A stretch of DNA of 63,415 nucleotides from an uncultured Gammaproteobacteria bacterium (GTDB lineage Bacteria; Patescibacteriota; Microgenomatia; Levybacterales; GWA1-39-11), in the NCBI GenBank assembly GCA_964640435.1, contig CAZXFJ010000003.1, forward strand, positions 1-63,415, written 5' to 3'. Positions 36,147 to 44,801 of this stretch are shown here, piece after piece; positions within the stretch are counted from its first letter, which is position 1, and every line of letters begins with the position of its first letter. The notes under the pieces are model-generated. The model saw only the letters and a list, made by a program, of their open reading frames with translations. It was not told the origin of the DNA and did no database searches. Made by a program: the position numbers and the translations under genes.

Positions 36147-37652
36147 TTATGTTGTTGCTTGAAGAGCAGATTTAATGAAATTTTCTCCCCATTCGTAAAT
36201 ATTATTTTCTTCAAGAAGTGATGTCATTTGTTGAATTCTTTCTTGTTTTTCTTTTTTAGGCATTGTTAGTGCCTCTTTAATACCATCTGCGACTCTGTCA
36301 GTGTCATACGGGTTAACAATAATTGCTCGAGTTAAGTCAATAGCACTTCCTGTAAATTGGGATAAGACTAACATTCCTGGGTTTTCAGACATTGAAGATG
36401 CAACAACAAATTCTTTAGAAACTAAATTCATTCCATCGTCTCTTGGAGTTACTACGCAGGCAGCAGCCTTGCTATAGAAGCGAATTATTTCGTTTCTCTG
36501 GTAAGAACTATTGAGTAGAACTATTGGTTTCCAATGTTTTGTCCCATATTTTTCATTAATAACTTCAGCTAGTTCTTCAACGTCTTTTCGAAGATTAATA
36601 TATGATGGAATGTCCTGTCTAGAAGGAGCAAGGATTCCAACATATACCGCTTTGCCTCTGTATGATGGATTTTTCTCGAAGAATCGATCAAGGGCCATAA
36701 GTCTTAGTTTTAGACCTTTTGTGTAATCAAGTCTGTCAACTCCAAAAATTACACTATATTTTTTGAAATACCAATCGATATCATGTTCTTCGCTTGAGAA
36801 TGACAAGTTTTTCTTTATAGCACTTTCCAGCCCATTGCCCTTTTCCTCTTTTTTAATTATTGACCGGACAACATCAACATCGATTCCAAGTGGTAAGTTT
36901 TTAACCTGTGTTGAATTTTTATCAAAGTAAACGGTTTGAGTTTCTACATCAATTCTAGTTTGAAGTTCTCGTTCAACGGTTTGCAAGAAATTTCTTGCCT
37001 GATACCCTCTGTGGAAAGCAAGGAAGTTGCATTGTAAAAGACTTCTTAAAAGTTCGTCTTTATATGGAAGTATTCTGAAGATTTCCCATGTGGGCCAAGG
37101 AATATGCCAAAACATTGAAACAACAACGTTTTTAGGTCTGCCTAAAAATAGCGGTACCAATGCTAACTGATAATCATTGATCCAAATAAATGTTTTTTGA
37201 TTCCATGGAATTGATTTTTTTATTGCATTTGCATAAATTTGGTTCACTTTTTTGTATGATTTGTACCATTCATCTGTCCATCGGGGTTCTTCAAAGGCTA
37301 CATGACAAAGAGGCCAGAGTGTTTGGTTTGAAAAACCTGAATAATAGTTCTCAACATCTTTTTGATCAATAAAAAGTCTTTTAAGAGAGTACTGACCACT
37401 TGATCCTTTAACGTTTAACATTCCATTCTTATCGACAAGATTTTTCTCCTCTTCGCTCTTTGCCCTACCTATATATATAGCGTTTGTTGCCTGGGCAATT
37501 GAGTCGAGTGCAACTGAAACTCCCCCAGCAGGGTTTTCAGTAACTATTTTTCCATTAACTAGCTTTGAGACTCGTGGCTCCGCATCAGCTGCGATAATCA
37601 TCTTGTATCCTCGTGTGTTAAAAAAATTTTGGAGATCAGATGCTGTTGTCAT
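36147..37652 (-). CDS. otsA: Trehalose-6-phosphate synthase (GT20, OtsA-like)
   Basis: FSNQTLWPLCH, IWINDYQL, GVDRLDYTKG and DGMNLVSKEF are GT20 motifs. Confidence 0.85.
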   Translation of the reverse strand: MTTASDLQNFFNTRGYKMIIAADAEPRVSKLVNGKIVTENPAGGVSVALDSIAQATNAIYIGRAKSEEEKNLVDKNGMLNVKGSSGQYSLKRLFIDQKDVENYYSGFSNQTLWPLCHVAFEEPRWTDEWYKSYKKVNQIYANAIKKSIPWNQKTFIWINDYQLALVPLFLGRPKNVVVSMFWHIPWPTWEIFRILPYKDELLRSLLQCNFLAFHRGYQARNFLQTVERELQTRIDVETQTVYFDKNSTQVKNLPLGIDVDVVRSIIKKEEKGNGLESAIKKNLSFSSEEHDIDWYFKKYSVIFGVDRLDYTKGLKLRLMALDRFFEKNPSYRGKAVYVGILAPSRQDIPSYINLRKDVEELAEVINEKYGTKHWKPIVLLNSSYQRNEIIRFYSKAAACVVTPRDDGMNLVSKEFVVASSMSENPGMLVLSQFTGSAIDLTRAIIVNPYDTDRVADGIKEALTMPKKEKQERIQQMTSLLEENNIYEWGENFIKSALQATT

Positions 37653-37755
37653 AGGTGAATTTATGGGATTTCCCTTGGGGTGTTTGATGGGCGCTTAAAT
37701 TGCGTCTATGGGAAAGATTATATCTTAATCGTGCTTAGATTTCAATAACTTAGGG

Positions 37756-38097
37756 CTAGTAGCCTAAATTATTAATTGTATTAAGTTGATTATTGATCTG
37801 TGAATTTATGTTATTCAAGAGAGTAAAAACGAGCCAAAAGTTAACAATTGTACATATACCTGTGAGAATAAGAGCAATTATTCCAATATTTTTTGCTTTA
37901 GGATCTTTTTGTCTTATATATTTTATTGCTGGGATAAGTCCAAATGGTGGGAGAAAGATGCAGATTAAATAAATTTCAATCTGTTTACCAATAGTAGTTG
38001 AAAGTGGAGGTTCTTTAATTTTTTTGCCGCAATTAGGACAAAAATATACATTTAGTGGAATTTGTGTATTACAAAAAGGACAGGTTTGTTGTTCCAT
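37756..38097 (-). CDS. Zinc-ribbon membrane protein, hypothetical
   Basis: An N-terminal CPFC..(13)..CPNC ribbon followed by 2 TM helices. Confidence 0.5.
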   Translation of the reverse strand: MEQQTCPFCNTQIPLNVYFCPNCGKKIKEPPLSTTIGKQIEIYLICIFLPPFGLIPAIKYIRQKDPKAKNIGIIALILTGICTIVNFWLVFTLLNNINSQINNQLNTINNLGY

Positions 38098-38141
38098 TTT
38101 TAAATTATATAGTAATATCCAATTGTTTGTTTAATAATTAT

Positions 38142-38150
38142 TGATATAAT
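38142..38150 (+). promoter_or_regulatory. Extended -10 element TGaTATAAT, 9 nt before the MFS ATG
   Basis: Read directly from the sequence. There is no Shine-Dalgarno between it and ATG 38159. Confidence 0.5.
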
Positions 38151-38158
38151 TAAGATTC

Positions 38159-39352
38159 ATGCTGGAATTATTTAAACACAATAAAAGTCTTGCTATCATT
38201 GCACTTGTTGCAATTGTTAATGCTCTCGGTTACGGAATTATTATTCCTATTCTTTATACATATTCAAAACACTTTGGTCTTTCAGATTTTGATAATGGAC
38301 TATTGTTCGCTCTTTTTTCTTTATGTCAATTTGCATCAACCCCAATAATTGGAAGACTTTCAGACAAATATGGAAGAAAACCTCTGTTAATTTTATCTAT
38401 TGCAGGAACTGCAGCATCATTTATCATGATGGCTTTTGCGCCAAACACTCTATTTTTATTTCTGGCACGTGCGCTTGATGGAATAACTGCAGGTAATATT
38501 CCAGTAGCGCTTGCTGTTATTTCAGATACAACAGAGCAAAAAGACCGAGCCCGAGGTTTTGGAATAATCAGTGCTTCTTTTGGATTTGGATTCGTTTTTG
38601 GTCCTGCAATATCTGCTTTTACAGTTGGTTATTCATCAATTCTACCTTTTTTAATAGCTGCGGCAGTTTCAATAGTCGCGGTTATAATAACAGCGCTTTT
38701 CTTACCTGAAACAAATAAGCATATTGGTCAAGTTCATTCAGGCAAAGTGTTTGATTTCAAGAAAATGGCTCAGGCTTTATTGGATCCTAATGTTGGTGTT
38801 ACATTTATAATAACTCTGGTTTATTTTTTCGCATTTGCTTGCGCAATTATTTATGGTTTCCAACCATTTACTAAAAATGTGCTACATCTTGACGCAAGTC
38901 AAACAGCACTTCTATTTACCCTATTTGGTATTGTAGGATTTCTTTCTCAAATATTCTTGGTATATAGATTTTCAAAATACTTTGGTCTTAAAAAAGCGTT
39001 TTCATTTGGCCTTGTAAGTACCGGCATTGCTTTTCTGATTATGTTCTTAAGTCAAAACGTAATAGTATTTATTTTAGGTGCAGTTTTGATGGGGGTTGTA
39101 AATGGAATTTCGCAAACTCTTATTCCGACTATTCTTTCTCAAGAAACTGACGCTAAATCACAAGGATCAATTATGGGGCTTAATGCCTCATACCAAAGTA
39201 TTGGTATGATTTTTGGACCTATCGCTGGAGGATTGCTGGCAACAGTTCTTGTATCTTTGCCATTCCTCGTTGGAGCAATATTAATGTTTGTTTGTTTTGG
39301 TCTATCATTCTTAGTTATGAGAAAAGGTGTTAAGAAGGAAGCCGCATTTTAA
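38159..39352 (+). CDS. MFS transporter (DHA1/tetracycline-efflux-like)
   Basis: 12 TM helices and the GRLSDKYGRKP motif A between TM2 and TM3. Confidence 0.85.
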   Translation: MLELFKHNKSLAIIALVAIVNALGYGIIIPILYTYSKHFGLSDFDNGLLFALFSLCQFASTPIIGRLSDKYGRKPLLILSIAGTAASFIMMAFAPNTLFLFLARALDGITAGNIPVALAVISDTTEQKDRARGFGIISASFGFGFVFGPAISAFTVGYSSILPFLIAAAVSIVAVIITALFLPETNKHIGQVHSGKVFDFKKMAQALLDPNVGVTFIITLVYFFAFACAIIYGFQPFTKNVLHLDASQTALLFTLFGIVGFLSQIFLVYRFSKYFGLKKAFSFGLVSTGIAFLIMFLSQNVIVFILGAVLMGVVNGISQTLIPTILSQETDAKSQGSIMGLNASYQSIGMIFGPIAGGLLATVLVSLPFLVGAILMFVCFGLSFLVMRKGVKKEAAF

Positions 39353-39403
39353 CGATAAATCCTCATTTAATCTTTATTTTTTTCAAGTATAATATTGCCA
39401 GTT

Positions 39404-40384
39404 ATGTCCCTGGAAGAAAGAAGAACTCGTAGAAGTAGAAGTAAATATTTAAGATTAATTTTATCCTTATTTATTCTAATACCTATTCTTCTCTTTTTTG
39501 TAAAGTTTGTTTTCTTCAACTCACCAACAAGTCCAAGAATAATCTCAGCTGTTGAAATGATAAACACGAGTGTCACCCCAACAAGGCCACCCGAAGAAAA
39601 ACTTACCACATCAAGTCTTTCACTTGGGGCGGCTGTTCAAAGTGCTCTAGTTGGAACGCATGGGGATTATGCTGTAATAGTAAGAAATTTTAAAACAGGT
39701 GAGACATATGCTCAAAATGAACACGAAGAATTTAAATCGGGAAGCTTATATAAATTGTGGATCATGGGAAAAGTATATGAAGAGATTCGTAATGGAGATT
39801 TAAAAGAAGATCAAGTTTTAAGTGAATCAGTAGAAACACTTAATAAAAGATTTTCAATTGATCCAGAATATGCCGAGAGAACAGAGGGGACCGTGACCTA
39901 CTCAATTAAAGATGCCCTAACCCAGATGATTACAATTTCTGATAATTATGCAGCGCTACTTTTAACACTAAAAATTAGACTCTCATCAGTAACAGGTTAT
40001 CTTGCGGATAAGGGCCTTTCGGAATCAAAAGTTGGTACTAATGGAAAAGCTCCGGTGACAACGGCATCGGATGTATTTTCAATTTTTGAAAGAATATATA
40101 AAGGTAATTTTGCAGAGCCAGAATATAACAAGAAAATGCTTGATTTACTAAAAGCACAAAGATTAAACGATAAAATACCAAAATTTCTTCCAGATAATAT
40201 AGTGATTGCCCACAAGACTGGAGAGCTAGATGAGGTAACGCATGACGCTGGGATAGTTTATTCACCCGGTGGGGACTATATTATAGTTGTTTTGTCACAG
40301 AGTGATGCACCCCAAGCTGCTGCAGTCCGCGTAGCAAATGTGTCTGAAGCAGTTTATAACTATTTTAATCCTACAAATAATTGA
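39404..40384 (+). CDS. Class A beta-lactamase-related serine hydrolase, membrane-anchored
   Basis: SxxK (SGSLYK), SDN (ISDNYAA) and KTG (HKTGE) boxes. TATAAT at 39388-39393 favours ATG 39404 over TTG 39395. Confidence 0.75.
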   Translation: MSLEERRTRRSRSKYLRLILSLFILIPILLFFVKFVFFNSPTSPRIISAVEMINTSVTPTRPPEEKLTTSSLSLGAAVQSALVGTHGDYAVIVRNFKTGETYAQNEHEEFKSGSLYKLWIMGKVYEEIRNGDLKEDQVLSESVETLNKRFSIDPEYAERTEGTVTYSIKDALTQMITISDNYAALLLTLKIRLSSVTGYLADKGLSESKVGTNGKAPVTTASDVFSIFERIYKGNFAEPEYNKKMLDLLKAQRLNDKIPKFLPDNIVIAHKTGELDEVTHDAGIVYSPGGDYIIVVLSQSDAPQAAAVRVANVSEAVYNYFNPTNN

Positions 40385-40415
40385 CACGGGTTTCACTTCC
40401 TGCCACAATTATATT

Positions 40416-41900
40416 ATGAATCCAACTGCCCCCAGCCAAAGTAGTAGTCCTGTTATGCCCCCAACTCCTGTTACGCCTCCAAATAATTCATCAACAAATG
40501 AAAAAATTGCGGAGGAAAAAGTGGAAAGAAAATTATTAAAACCAATTGCTATAGCTCTCATTTCTATTACGGGAATTTTAATTGTTTTAATAATTGGTCT
40601 TGTGGTTTTTGGGCAAAGCAATAAAACAATTCATGATATTAGTCAGCAAGTAATTCCCCCACAGATTCTGCCAGATGATACACCTACCCCAACACCAGTT
40701 GTTTCCACAACTGTTTCGGGAAATGTAGTTTTTCAAGGTTATGCGCCAGATGAGGCATATCTTGTTATTGTACAAAGGCCAGTTGGAAAAACAAATTATA
40801 ATTCTGTGGTAACAGGACTCGTGCCAAATACTGGAACTATTCCATGGGCGTGGAAAGATGCAGATTCGGGTACAAATTATGAAATACAAGCACAGCTTAA
40901 AATAAGAGGAATAACTGTTCAAAGCTCGACGCCAGTAGTTGTGTCGGCACCTGCCTCGAATGTTACTTTAGGAATTGTGTCAGAGCAGAATCCGCCCGCT
41001 CCAACTACCACTCAAGTGAGCGGAACAACGAACATCAATGGTTATATTCCAAGTGGAGCGATGTTGACTATCACCGCACAGGGATCAACTGGTGGTCCCC
41101 AGACAATTGTTACAACTCAGGCATCAGATGACGCTGCATGGACATGGAATACAGCAACAACAGGTGAAACCTATGATCTTACAGCAACGCTTTCTTCAGG
41201 TGGTACAGTAATCGCAACAAGTATTCCTCAAAACGTTACAGCTCCATCGTCTGGTTTGACATTTGTTCTTAACTCTACAGCTCAACCACCAGCACCTCAG
41301 ATAGTAGGTTTGTCAGGAACAATAAACTTAAATGGAAATATTCCTTCAAACAGCTATATAACTCTTGGGACGCGCGTTACTGGTTCTTCATCGTTTAATC
41401 AAGTTGGAGGAAATCTTACTTCTACAAATGGTGTACCATGGACTTGGAGTTCGGCACAAGCTGGAACATCGTACGATGCGCAGGCATATCTTTGGGCAAA
41501 TGGAAAACCTTATGCTGCGTCAAATATTGTTACCAATGTTGCGCCAGCGAATGGAATAGTTTTAACAATTAATGCTCAACAAACAATTGCAGCACCAGCT
41601 CAGAATACACTTACAGTCTCCTGCGGTGGGGTACAAAATAATCTGTATCAAATAACTGTTAACTACAATACAAATTCAGCCCTTCAAAGTGTGTCCGCAT
41701 ACCAAGTTGTTATAACGCAGGCTTCATATGGAAATCAGGTAATCAATACAACAGTTACACCTGCAAATCCAAATCAGCAACAAACATTAACAACGGGTTA
41801 TCAGTTTACGTCAGGTGCCACATACTATGCCCAATATGGCTATACAGCAAATGGTACTCAATCACCTCTTTCGCCTTCGGTTCAATTTCAATGTAACTAA
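40416..41900 (+). CDS. Membrane-anchored surface protein with three tandem ~100-aa beta-rich repeats plus a divergent fourth module
   Basis: P-rich N-terminus, one TM helix and a TPTPTP linker. The repeats each contain a (I/V)PW(A/T)W...G(T/E).Y(E/D) core. ATG 40416 avoids overlap with the upstream gene. Confidence 0.6.
   Translation: MNPTAPSQSSSPVMPPTPVTPPNNSSTNEKIAEEKVERKLLKPIAIALISITGILIVLIIGLVVFGQSNKTIHDISQQVIPPQILPDDTPTPTPVVSTTVSGNVVFQGYAPDEAYLVIVQRPVGKTNYNSVVTGLVPNTGTIPWAWKDADSGTNYEIQAQLKIRGITVQSSTPVVVSAPASNVTLGIVSEQNPPAPTTTQVSGTTNINGYIPSGAMLTITAQGSTGGPQTIVTTQASDDAAWTWNTATTGETYDLTATLSSGGTVIATSIPQNVTAPSSGLTFVLNSTAQPPAPQIVGLSGTINLNGNIPSNSYITLGTRVTGSSSFNQVGGNLTSTNGVPWTWSSAQAGTSYDAQAYLWANGKPYAASNIVTNVAPANGIVLTINAQQTIAAPAQNTLTVSCGGVQNNLYQITVNYNTNSALQSVSAYQVVITQASYGNQVINTTVTPANPNQQQTLTTGYQFTSGATYYAQYGYTANGTQSPLSPSVQFQCN
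40713..41609 (+). repeat. Three in-frame tandem protein repeats (about 101, 98 and 100 aa) inside CDS 40416-41900
   Basis: The units start at 40713 (VSGNVVFQGY), 41016 (VSGTTNINGY) and 41310 (LSGTINLNGN). They are conserved at protein level and diverged at DNA level. Confidence 0.7.
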
Positions 41901-41904
41901 GCGC

Positions 41905-41932
41905 TTGCTTACAGTAAAAATTGGTTTATAAT
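41905..41932 (+). promoter_or_regulatory. Promoter TTGCTT-16-TATAAT, 7 nt before ATG 41939
   Basis: Read directly from the sequence. It implies a leaderless DUF4342 mRNA. Confidence 0.5.
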
Positions 41933-41938
41933 CACGTT

Positions 41939-42205
41939 ATGGCTAAAAAGAAATCAAATTCAAAAAATACAAAACGAACCGAGGAATTTAAGGTTGATAC
42001 AGAGAAAATTTCTGAAAAGATAAAAGAGTTAATAAATGAAGGTAATGTTAGAAGAATAACAGTTAAAAGTAAAAATGGTAATGTTATTACAACATTCCCA
42101 TTAACTATTGGAATATTAGGTGTTGCTATAGCACCTGTTGCCGCAGCTGTAGCAGCCATTGCTGCTCTTGTCGGAGAATGTACAATCGCAGTTGAAAGAA
42201 ATTAG
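41939..42205 (+). CDS. DUF4342 domain protein
   Basis: KIKELINEGNVRRITVKSKNGNVITTFPLTIG followed by an Ala-rich hydrophobic segment matches the DUF4342 pattern. Confidence 0.7.
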   Translation: MAKKKSNSKNTKRTEEFKVDTEKISEKIKELINEGNVRRITVKSKNGNVITTFPLTIGILGVAIAPVAAAVAAIAALVGECTIAVERN

Positions 42206-42258
42206 AATAACTCCCCATTTGATCTCATTTTGCAACTTCCCACACTGAAGAATATAAT

Positions 42259-42828
42259 ATGGTTATGACAGTAAATCAAATAACGCTTACTAATTTGAAT
42301 GTTAGGCAGAGTATCACCATTCTAATTGTAAAGATCATGTTAGTAGATATTTTAATGGCGGCTCTTGTTATTACAGCATATTTTCTAATTGTTGCAGGAA
42401 GTGAATATGTAAGTAACTATTCTTTAAATACCCTTTTATTTCTATCAGTATTTGTAGCACTAGGAATAATAAAATTTGCTATCAATGCTTACATTATTTT
42501 ACTTTGGTTATATGAATATTATGAAATAACTACAGAATATGTTATTCACAAAAAAGGATTTATTTTTAAAAAGGCAGAAAAATATAAATTAGCAAATGTT
42601 CGCGCTATTAATGTTGAAGATTCATTTTTGGGACAAATTTTTAATTACGCAACAATCACACTATTTGATATAAGGTTGAATAAATACCTTGATATGTATT
42701 TGATTCATAATCCGAGAAGATATGAAAAGGTATTAAAACAGATTCGCCCAGATTTAGAGACAAAAACAGATAATGTTAACCTGCCATTAATTCCTAAGGG
42801 AGAGAGGATTGAAGAATCAGATGAATGA
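42259..42828 (+). CDS. Membrane protein with a bacterial PH (bPH_2/YdbS-like) domain
   Basis: Two TM helices followed by YYEITTEYVIHKKGFIFKKAEKYKLANVRAINVEDSFLGQIFNYATITL. TATAAT at 42253-42258 suggests ATG 42265 as the leaderless start. Confidence 0.6.
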   Translation: MVMTVNQITLTNLNVRQSITILIVKIMLVDILMAALVITAYFLIVAGSEYVSNYSLNTLLFLSVFVALGIIKFAINAYIILLWLYEYYEITTEYVIHKKGFIFKKAEKYKLANVRAINVEDSFLGQIFNYATITLFDIRLNKYLDMYLIHNPRRYEKVLKQIRPDLETKTDNVNLPLIPKGERIEESDE

Positions 42829-43465
42829 TTTAGATAAAAAAATAGATAAATTCTTCGGCCAGTTCAAGCAGCAAAAATATAAAAAGGGAGAGATATTAAT
42901 TAGGGCTGGAGATGATCCAACTGGGGTATATTATTTAAAAAAAGGTAGGGTTAAAAAATATGCAATCTCGCGCAAAGGTGATGAATTAATAGTTAACATA
43001 TTCAAGCCTTTTTCATTTTTTCCTATGTCCCATGCAATAAACCATCTTCCAAATAATTATTTTTATGAGGCGATGGAAGATTTGGAGCTCGTTAAGGCGC
43101 CAGCTAAAGAGGTAGACCAGTTTGTAAAAAGTAATTCAGATGTATTGTACGATCTACTCGCAAGAGTATACAGGGGCACAGAAGGTCTCTTGACTCGCAT
43201 GACATATCTAATGGCTGGAAATGCATACTCAAGGCTTTTGGCAGAGATAGTAATTATTGCGAAAAGGTTTGGTAAAAAGGTGGGTTTATCTATAACTATA
43301 GAAACTACAGAAAAGGATTTAGCAACCCAAGTGGGTATGACGAGAGAGACTGTTTCAAGAGAATTAAAGATTCTTAAAGAAAATAATCTAGTTGAATTTC
43401 AAAAAGGGAAACTGATTATCAAAAATATTGAAAGGCTGGAAGAGGAATTATCCAAAGATAACTAG
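42809..43465 (+). CDS. Crp/Fnr family transcriptional regulator
   Basis: An N-terminal cNMP-binding-like beta barrel and a C-terminal HTH (TEKDLATQVGMTRETVSRELKILKE). Confidence 0.8.
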   Translation: MKNQMNDLDKKIDKFFGQFKQQKYKKGEILIRAGDDPTGVYYLKKGRVKKYAISRKGDELIVNIFKPFSFFPMSHAINHLPNNYFYEAMEDLELVKAPAKEVDQFVKSNSDVLYDLLARVYRGTEGLLTRMTYLMAGNAYSRLLAEIVIIAKRFGKKVGLSITIETTEKDLATQVGMTRETVSRELKILKENNLVEFQKGKLIIKNIERLEEELSKDN

Positions 43466-43812
43466 TGAGTTGTCTTTGTTATTATTTCTTTTGTGGGCAC
43501 TATTCTATGTCGTCTAACGCCATTAGGAAGTCCTTTCGGCAATAGATAGCCTTGCCAGTGTCCGTCGCCTGCAAATAGTTCTAAATGCTGTAGATCTGTT
43601 AGTTCGGGTTCATTTTTAACATCATATAATCTAAAATTTCCTTTGGAAAGAACCGTCAAGGCGTTGAATTTTTTTTGGGTCGAAACTAAAATATCTCCAA
43701 TTTCGCCTGCTATTATCCAAGCGAATCTATCATTGTCATCTAGTTCTAGGATTTTCGTATGGTCGAAGGTTTCGTATAGGATATATTTTCCGGTATCTTC
43801 AAGTTTAATCAT
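43462..43812 (-). CDS. Hypothetical 116-aa protein
   Basis: This ORF lies between crp and usp. The internal ATG at 43812 is preferred to avoid running into the divergent usp promoter. No family recognised. Confidence 0.35.
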   Translation of the reverse strand: MIKLEDTGKYILYETFDHTKILELDDNDRFAWIIAGEIGDILVSTQKKFNALTVLSKGNFRLYDVKNEPELTDLQHLELFAGDGHWQGYLLPKGLPNGVRRHRIVPTKEIITKTTH

Positions 43813-43919
43813 ATTTAAATGATACACAGATGTATAAAAGATATATGTGATCCTGATCAACTATTAATGTGATATTAATCAATGAAGTACATATAAATAA
43901 GGTAGATAATGAGTTTAAG

Positions 43920-44402
43920 ATGAAGAATATAAAATATAAAAAAATTCTATATACTACAGATGGATCAGCATTTGCAACCCATGCTCTGCCATATGCTGTT
44001 TCACTTGCAAAAACTTTAAAAGCCGAGCTAACTATGATGCATATTGTCGAATCAGTTGGACAAGTTTTGGCCAAAATTGATCCATTGGCAAGTCTGCCTG
44101 TGCATGAAATGGTATATAAAAGTGTCATTGACAGTATCGTTACTAAAGATATTGCTACATATAACCACTTGGCAAAAGAAGCGAATAAGTTAGAAGATGA
44201 AGAGCATATGAGTGTTAGGGTAGAGGTTGCGGAAGGAGAAACAGGTGAGGAAATTATCAACGCTGTAAAAAACGAAAAATTTGACCTAGTTGTAATGTCA
44301 ACGCACGGTCGTAGCGGATTAAGTCGCGCAGTTTTAGGATCTGTAGCAGACTACGTTGTTCATAAAGCAAAATGCCCTGTGATGTTAGTCAAGCCTATTT
44401 AA
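43920..44402 (+). CDS. Universal stress protein (UspA family)
   Basis: ILYTTDGS...DLVVMSTHGRSGLSRAVLGSVADYVVHKAKCPVMLV is the canonical USP ATP-binding motif. Confidence 0.85.
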   Translation: MKNIKYKKILYTTDGSAFATHALPYAVSLAKTLKAELTMMHIVESVGQVLAKIDPLASLPVHEMVYKSVIDSIVTKDIATYNHLAKEANKLEDEEHMSVRVEVAEGETGEEIINAVKNEKFDLVVMSTHGRSGLSRAVLGSVADYVVHKAKCPVMLVKPI

Positions 44403-44418
44403 AAGGAGGTGAAAAATA

Positions 44419-44784
44419 ATGTTTGCTGAAGATATTAAAAAAGATACAAAACAAAATACATATTTTAGAAAAGTTTTACATACTGGTGAAAAATCTCAAA
44501 TTGTAGCAATGAGTATACCTGTTGGACAAGATATCGGAGAGGAAGTTCATCCAAATACCGATCAAATCATATTCATTGTTGATGGCGTTGGGGAAGCTAG
44601 TGTAAACGGTGAAACAAGAAGAATAGAGGAGCATGATGTTGTATTTGTACCTGCTGGTGCGAAGCATAATTTTGTTAACATTGACGATGAAGATTTAAAG
44701 CTCTTCACAGTTTATGCTCCGCCAGAGCATCCAGATGGAACAATTCATGCGACAAAAGCCGAAGCAATAGCAGCGGAAAAGTAG
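44419..44784 (+). CDS. Cupin domain protein
   Basis: GEEVHPNTDQIIFIVDG...VPAGAKHNF are the cupin motifs 1 and 2. A strong SD, AAGGAGGTG, lies upstream. Confidence 0.8.
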   Translation: MFAEDIKKDTKQNTYFRKVLHTGEKSQIVAMSIPVGQDIGEEVHPNTDQIIFIVDGVGEASVNGETRRIEEHDVVFVPAGAKHNFVNIDDEDLKLFTVYAPPEHPDGTIHATKAEAIAAEK

Positions 44785-44801
44785 TCGGAGATAGAGTTAG
44801 A

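Noticed and set aside
40338-40415. Upstream extension (MCLKQFITILILQIIDTGFTSCHNYI) of the repeat protein ORF
   Set aside because: It overlaps the 3' end of the beta-lactamase-like gene by 47 nt and has no signal-like logic. ATG 40416 gives a sensible P-rich cytoplasmic N-terminus followed by a TM helix.
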